A DNA stretch of 64,000 nucleotides, from the NCBI GenBank assembly GCA_002633005.1, contig NMRA01000001.1, positions 562,625-626,624 on the forward strand. Reading direction: 5' to 3'. Positions 61,051-64,000 of this stretch are shown here, piece after piece. The notes beneath the pieces were generated by a model. That model saw only the letters and a list, made by a program, of their open reading frames with translations, searched no databases and was not told the origin of the DNA. How positions within the stretch are numbered: the stretch's first letter is position 1; each line of letters opens with the position of its first letter. This DNA comes from Phoronis australis. Taxonomy: Eukaryota > Animalia > Phoronida. A program made the translations under genes and the position numbers.

Positions 61051-62459
61051 AAAACTGAAGTTTGGATGGATAAGCATTGGTTACTGCCACTATCAGGATG
61101 TAGAGTTTGGGTAAAATGTCAAAACATGGGAAATCAGATTGGAATGAACATTTAAGTTGAGCTAGACATCAAGGTAGGGCATCCCAAATAGATCCGTCCA
61201 CAATCTTTTCCCAAATTAAAAAACATGATGCATGATTGCCGTACTTAACAATTATATTTCACGTTCAGCGCTGATATCCGACTTTTTCCATTTTTATGTC
61301 AACATTTACATTCAAAGTGTCTATAACCATTAGCGTGACCACAAAATCTGAAACTCCACAAGCAACCAAATTAAGTGATTCATTCATAAAACAAGCCTCC
61401 ATCAGTACTTGAAAGCCATTTCATTTTTGACACCCCAATTAATCAAATTCCAAACAAGACTGACTGGCGACACTCCAAGCATACTCCATGGTAACTGAAA
61501 CCGACTTCATGGATTACTCAGAAGCATTTGACCTCTTGAACCCTGAATGAAGAAATACAGGTAAGGTAGTTATGACAGCATATCTGACGGTGATAAACTA
61601 ACTCTGAGGTATTTTCACCTTACGTTTTTGGGGTTTGGCTGGCTATACTTAACATCTAAAGGAAACATTATGGACTAAAGGTGTATTTTTTCTTAATGAA
61701 ACAGCAGGTAGAAATGTACAGTTACTTTAAATGAGATACCGTACGCTGAGACTTAATTAATAGACCATACGAAATAAAAAATCCAGAGGTGCCTTAAGTT
61801 CACGTCAAAATCTAGCTTTGACACTACTGAAGATATGGGAAATTGAAAATTCTGAACGTTAAACAAATCAAACATTATTCCCCAGAACCATGACAGCCAT
61901 TACTTTCCACTCAGCGAGAAGAGCAGGTTTCCAAACAGATGCCAATCTGGGGTGTGTTGCTTAGATACGAGACACCCGCCAAAAAGCAAGATCATGTAAG
62001 AGCACACAAGAGTGAAAAGCAAAACTAACGTTCACGTGGTGAACTCTAGCAAGGTGACTTTCTGAAGTGATTTGTCGATGAGGTTGAAATATAGGACTCC
62101 CTATTTATACCACCAACAAATTCTCACTGCAATGCATCGTGAGAACATTGAGTCTATGGTACACGTCACTGGGCAGTCTGGAACCACAGACGTTCAGAGA
62201 CACAGGCTGATGGTCGACTCTATCAATCAACAAGACAGACCCTCTTTTGACGTCCCAACAACTCGAAAACAGAGAATGGTTTGTCAGTATGAGGCCGTCT
62301 TGTTAATGGTTCCACCCAACTACACAAATGCATGCATTACTGCAAGTAGGACCATTGCCCATATCTACCATTCTTCAAAGAGTTACTATGTAGTGTTATC
62401 CACACGAGTTGTCCCAGAACAAGTTACTTCTGGAATGAGTGAATTAACAGGTTTAATAG

Positions 62460-62550
62460 AAGGCGACCCACATGGGGCAAGGCGACCCACATGGGGCAAG
62501 GCGACCCACATGGGGCAAGGCAACCCACATGGGGCAAGGTGAGCCACATG
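62460..62550. repeat. 19-bp minisatellite (AAGGCGACCCACATGGGGC) ~4.5 copies
   Basis: Seen directly. Confidence 0.92.
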
Positions 62551-64000
62551 TGACAAGTGACCTTAGTGAGGTAAGGTAACTTGTTCTAAGGAGACGTGAC
62601 TTGTACCAGAGTAACTTATACTGCCACAAAATGTAATGTGAACACACACCTGCAGACAAGGTAAAAGTAATTACTGTCTGCATACTTTTTTGGTTTCATA
62701 CTAACAATTGTTTAATCCTGTTTGTACCAGATTTATCTCAAGGTTTACGGGGTGGGGGAGAGGGGGAAGAGGGGGTTGGCGGCGGAGGGTGACTAAGGTG
62801 GATCCTCATTGTAACTGGCAGGTCAGTATGAATGATTAATTTAGGCCCATCATAGTACTGAGACGGCAAAGTAAACAGGTGCCTTTAATAGCAAAGCGTC
62901 GACGCTTCGATCGGATGCATGGCCAACACCAGTTTGATCAGTTACCAGAAGGTGTCACTATTAACAAAAGCACGTGTTGCGATATTATCCAAACAGACGT
63001 ATTCACCATTCTACAATGAATATAAAAAGTTCATTACATTTATTATCAAACCCATACAAGTATACGATGCTTGTGTCTGCATAACGTTTTCAGAGCACCA
63101 ACTTGCAATAATTTCAAAGACTCCCTCATCAGACAAAATACCGAATGTAAAATCATTATGTCAGAAGCAGACATAAAAAGTTCAATTTATCTTTACATTT
63201 AGCTTCTCTTGTTATGGAGCAGAGTTCACGAAAGGTCTTCTATCTTTCAGAAACATGGTAATATAAAATACCTTGGGATATAGAAACAATTACTCATAGA
63301 TCTCTGAGGGGCCAATTAAACTATTCAGAGTTGTAGCATCTGTGAACTGATTCATGGTAATCTTGGACTTGACTTCCCAGAAATGTTAATTTGAGATCAA
63401 AACAAAGATGCGAGCCATTATATAATTTATTCTCACAATTTTAGGCACACGGCACCAAGGCATGTGAGCGATGATCTGTTCAGTTCCCGACACAGATATT
63501 ATTGAGTATCAGACCTATGAGAATAGTATCAGCCACTACTTGACGAGAGCATTCCAATTATTCTTCCACATAATAGGTAGTGTGTGATTTTGCACGTTCA
63601 AAATCCAGAAGATTGTCTCAGTAATTGTTATAACCATACAGCACTTTTACACAGAGCCTAACTCGGAAACTTACGGCCATTCGTGAATTGTGGGAAAAAA
63701 CTTCATTTACACTATCTGTAAAAATATTGTGAAGTTGACATTTCAGTGAAACTAACTAACACCAGACCTGAATACAATTCAGTACTTCAGAAATTATGAA
63801 ATGGGCACTTAAGATAACATCAATAGACACAAAATCATGTCTCTGAATCAATGACAACTTAACATGACTGTCTGTCCCCAAACGTTCCAACAATAGTTCA
63901 GTTTTCTGTGAAAATAATTTATTTTAAGCGGAAAAAATTGAAGAATTTTCACAGTAAATCTTGGACAAAATTTCCACAGCATAGTCAAAGCCTGTTTACC

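Noticed and set aside
62072-62542. 156-aa + strand ORF
   Set aside because: No recognisable domain or convincing splice structure; the tail comes from the 19-bp repeat

Overview
AT-rich, intron-rich animal (probably invertebrate) genomic DNA. No prokaryotic features were found. Two E3 ubiquitin ligase genes lie tail-to-tail. (1) On the + strand, a complete 5-exon MARCH2/3-like RING-CH transmembrane ligase (about 6589-16964, about 562 aa, ending in the PDZ-binding motif ETFV). (2) On the - strand, the 3' part of a giant HERC1 gene: 20 exons, 43701->20694, about 1255 aa, covering the late WD40 repeats, RLD2 and the HECT domain, with every GT-AG junction in phase. No further HERC1 exon was recognised in 43702-64000, which implies an intron over 20 kb. 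Non-coding DNA is full of MITEs, non-autonomous DNA transposons (Kolobok-, Harbinger-, Tc1/pogo-, Helentron- and Crypton-like), three decayed LINE 3' ends and minisatellites. I found no convincing new protein-coding system. The best leads are a possible alternative HERC1 first exon and RFX X-boxes in the giant intron, possibly overlapping 3' ends of the two ligases, a Kolobok derivative with mirrored THAP starts, a TE-borne CTCF-like motif array, and a Crypton-like element with a tRNA-like unit and a 164-bp palindrome. All coordinates and family calls were made by eye, without database searches.
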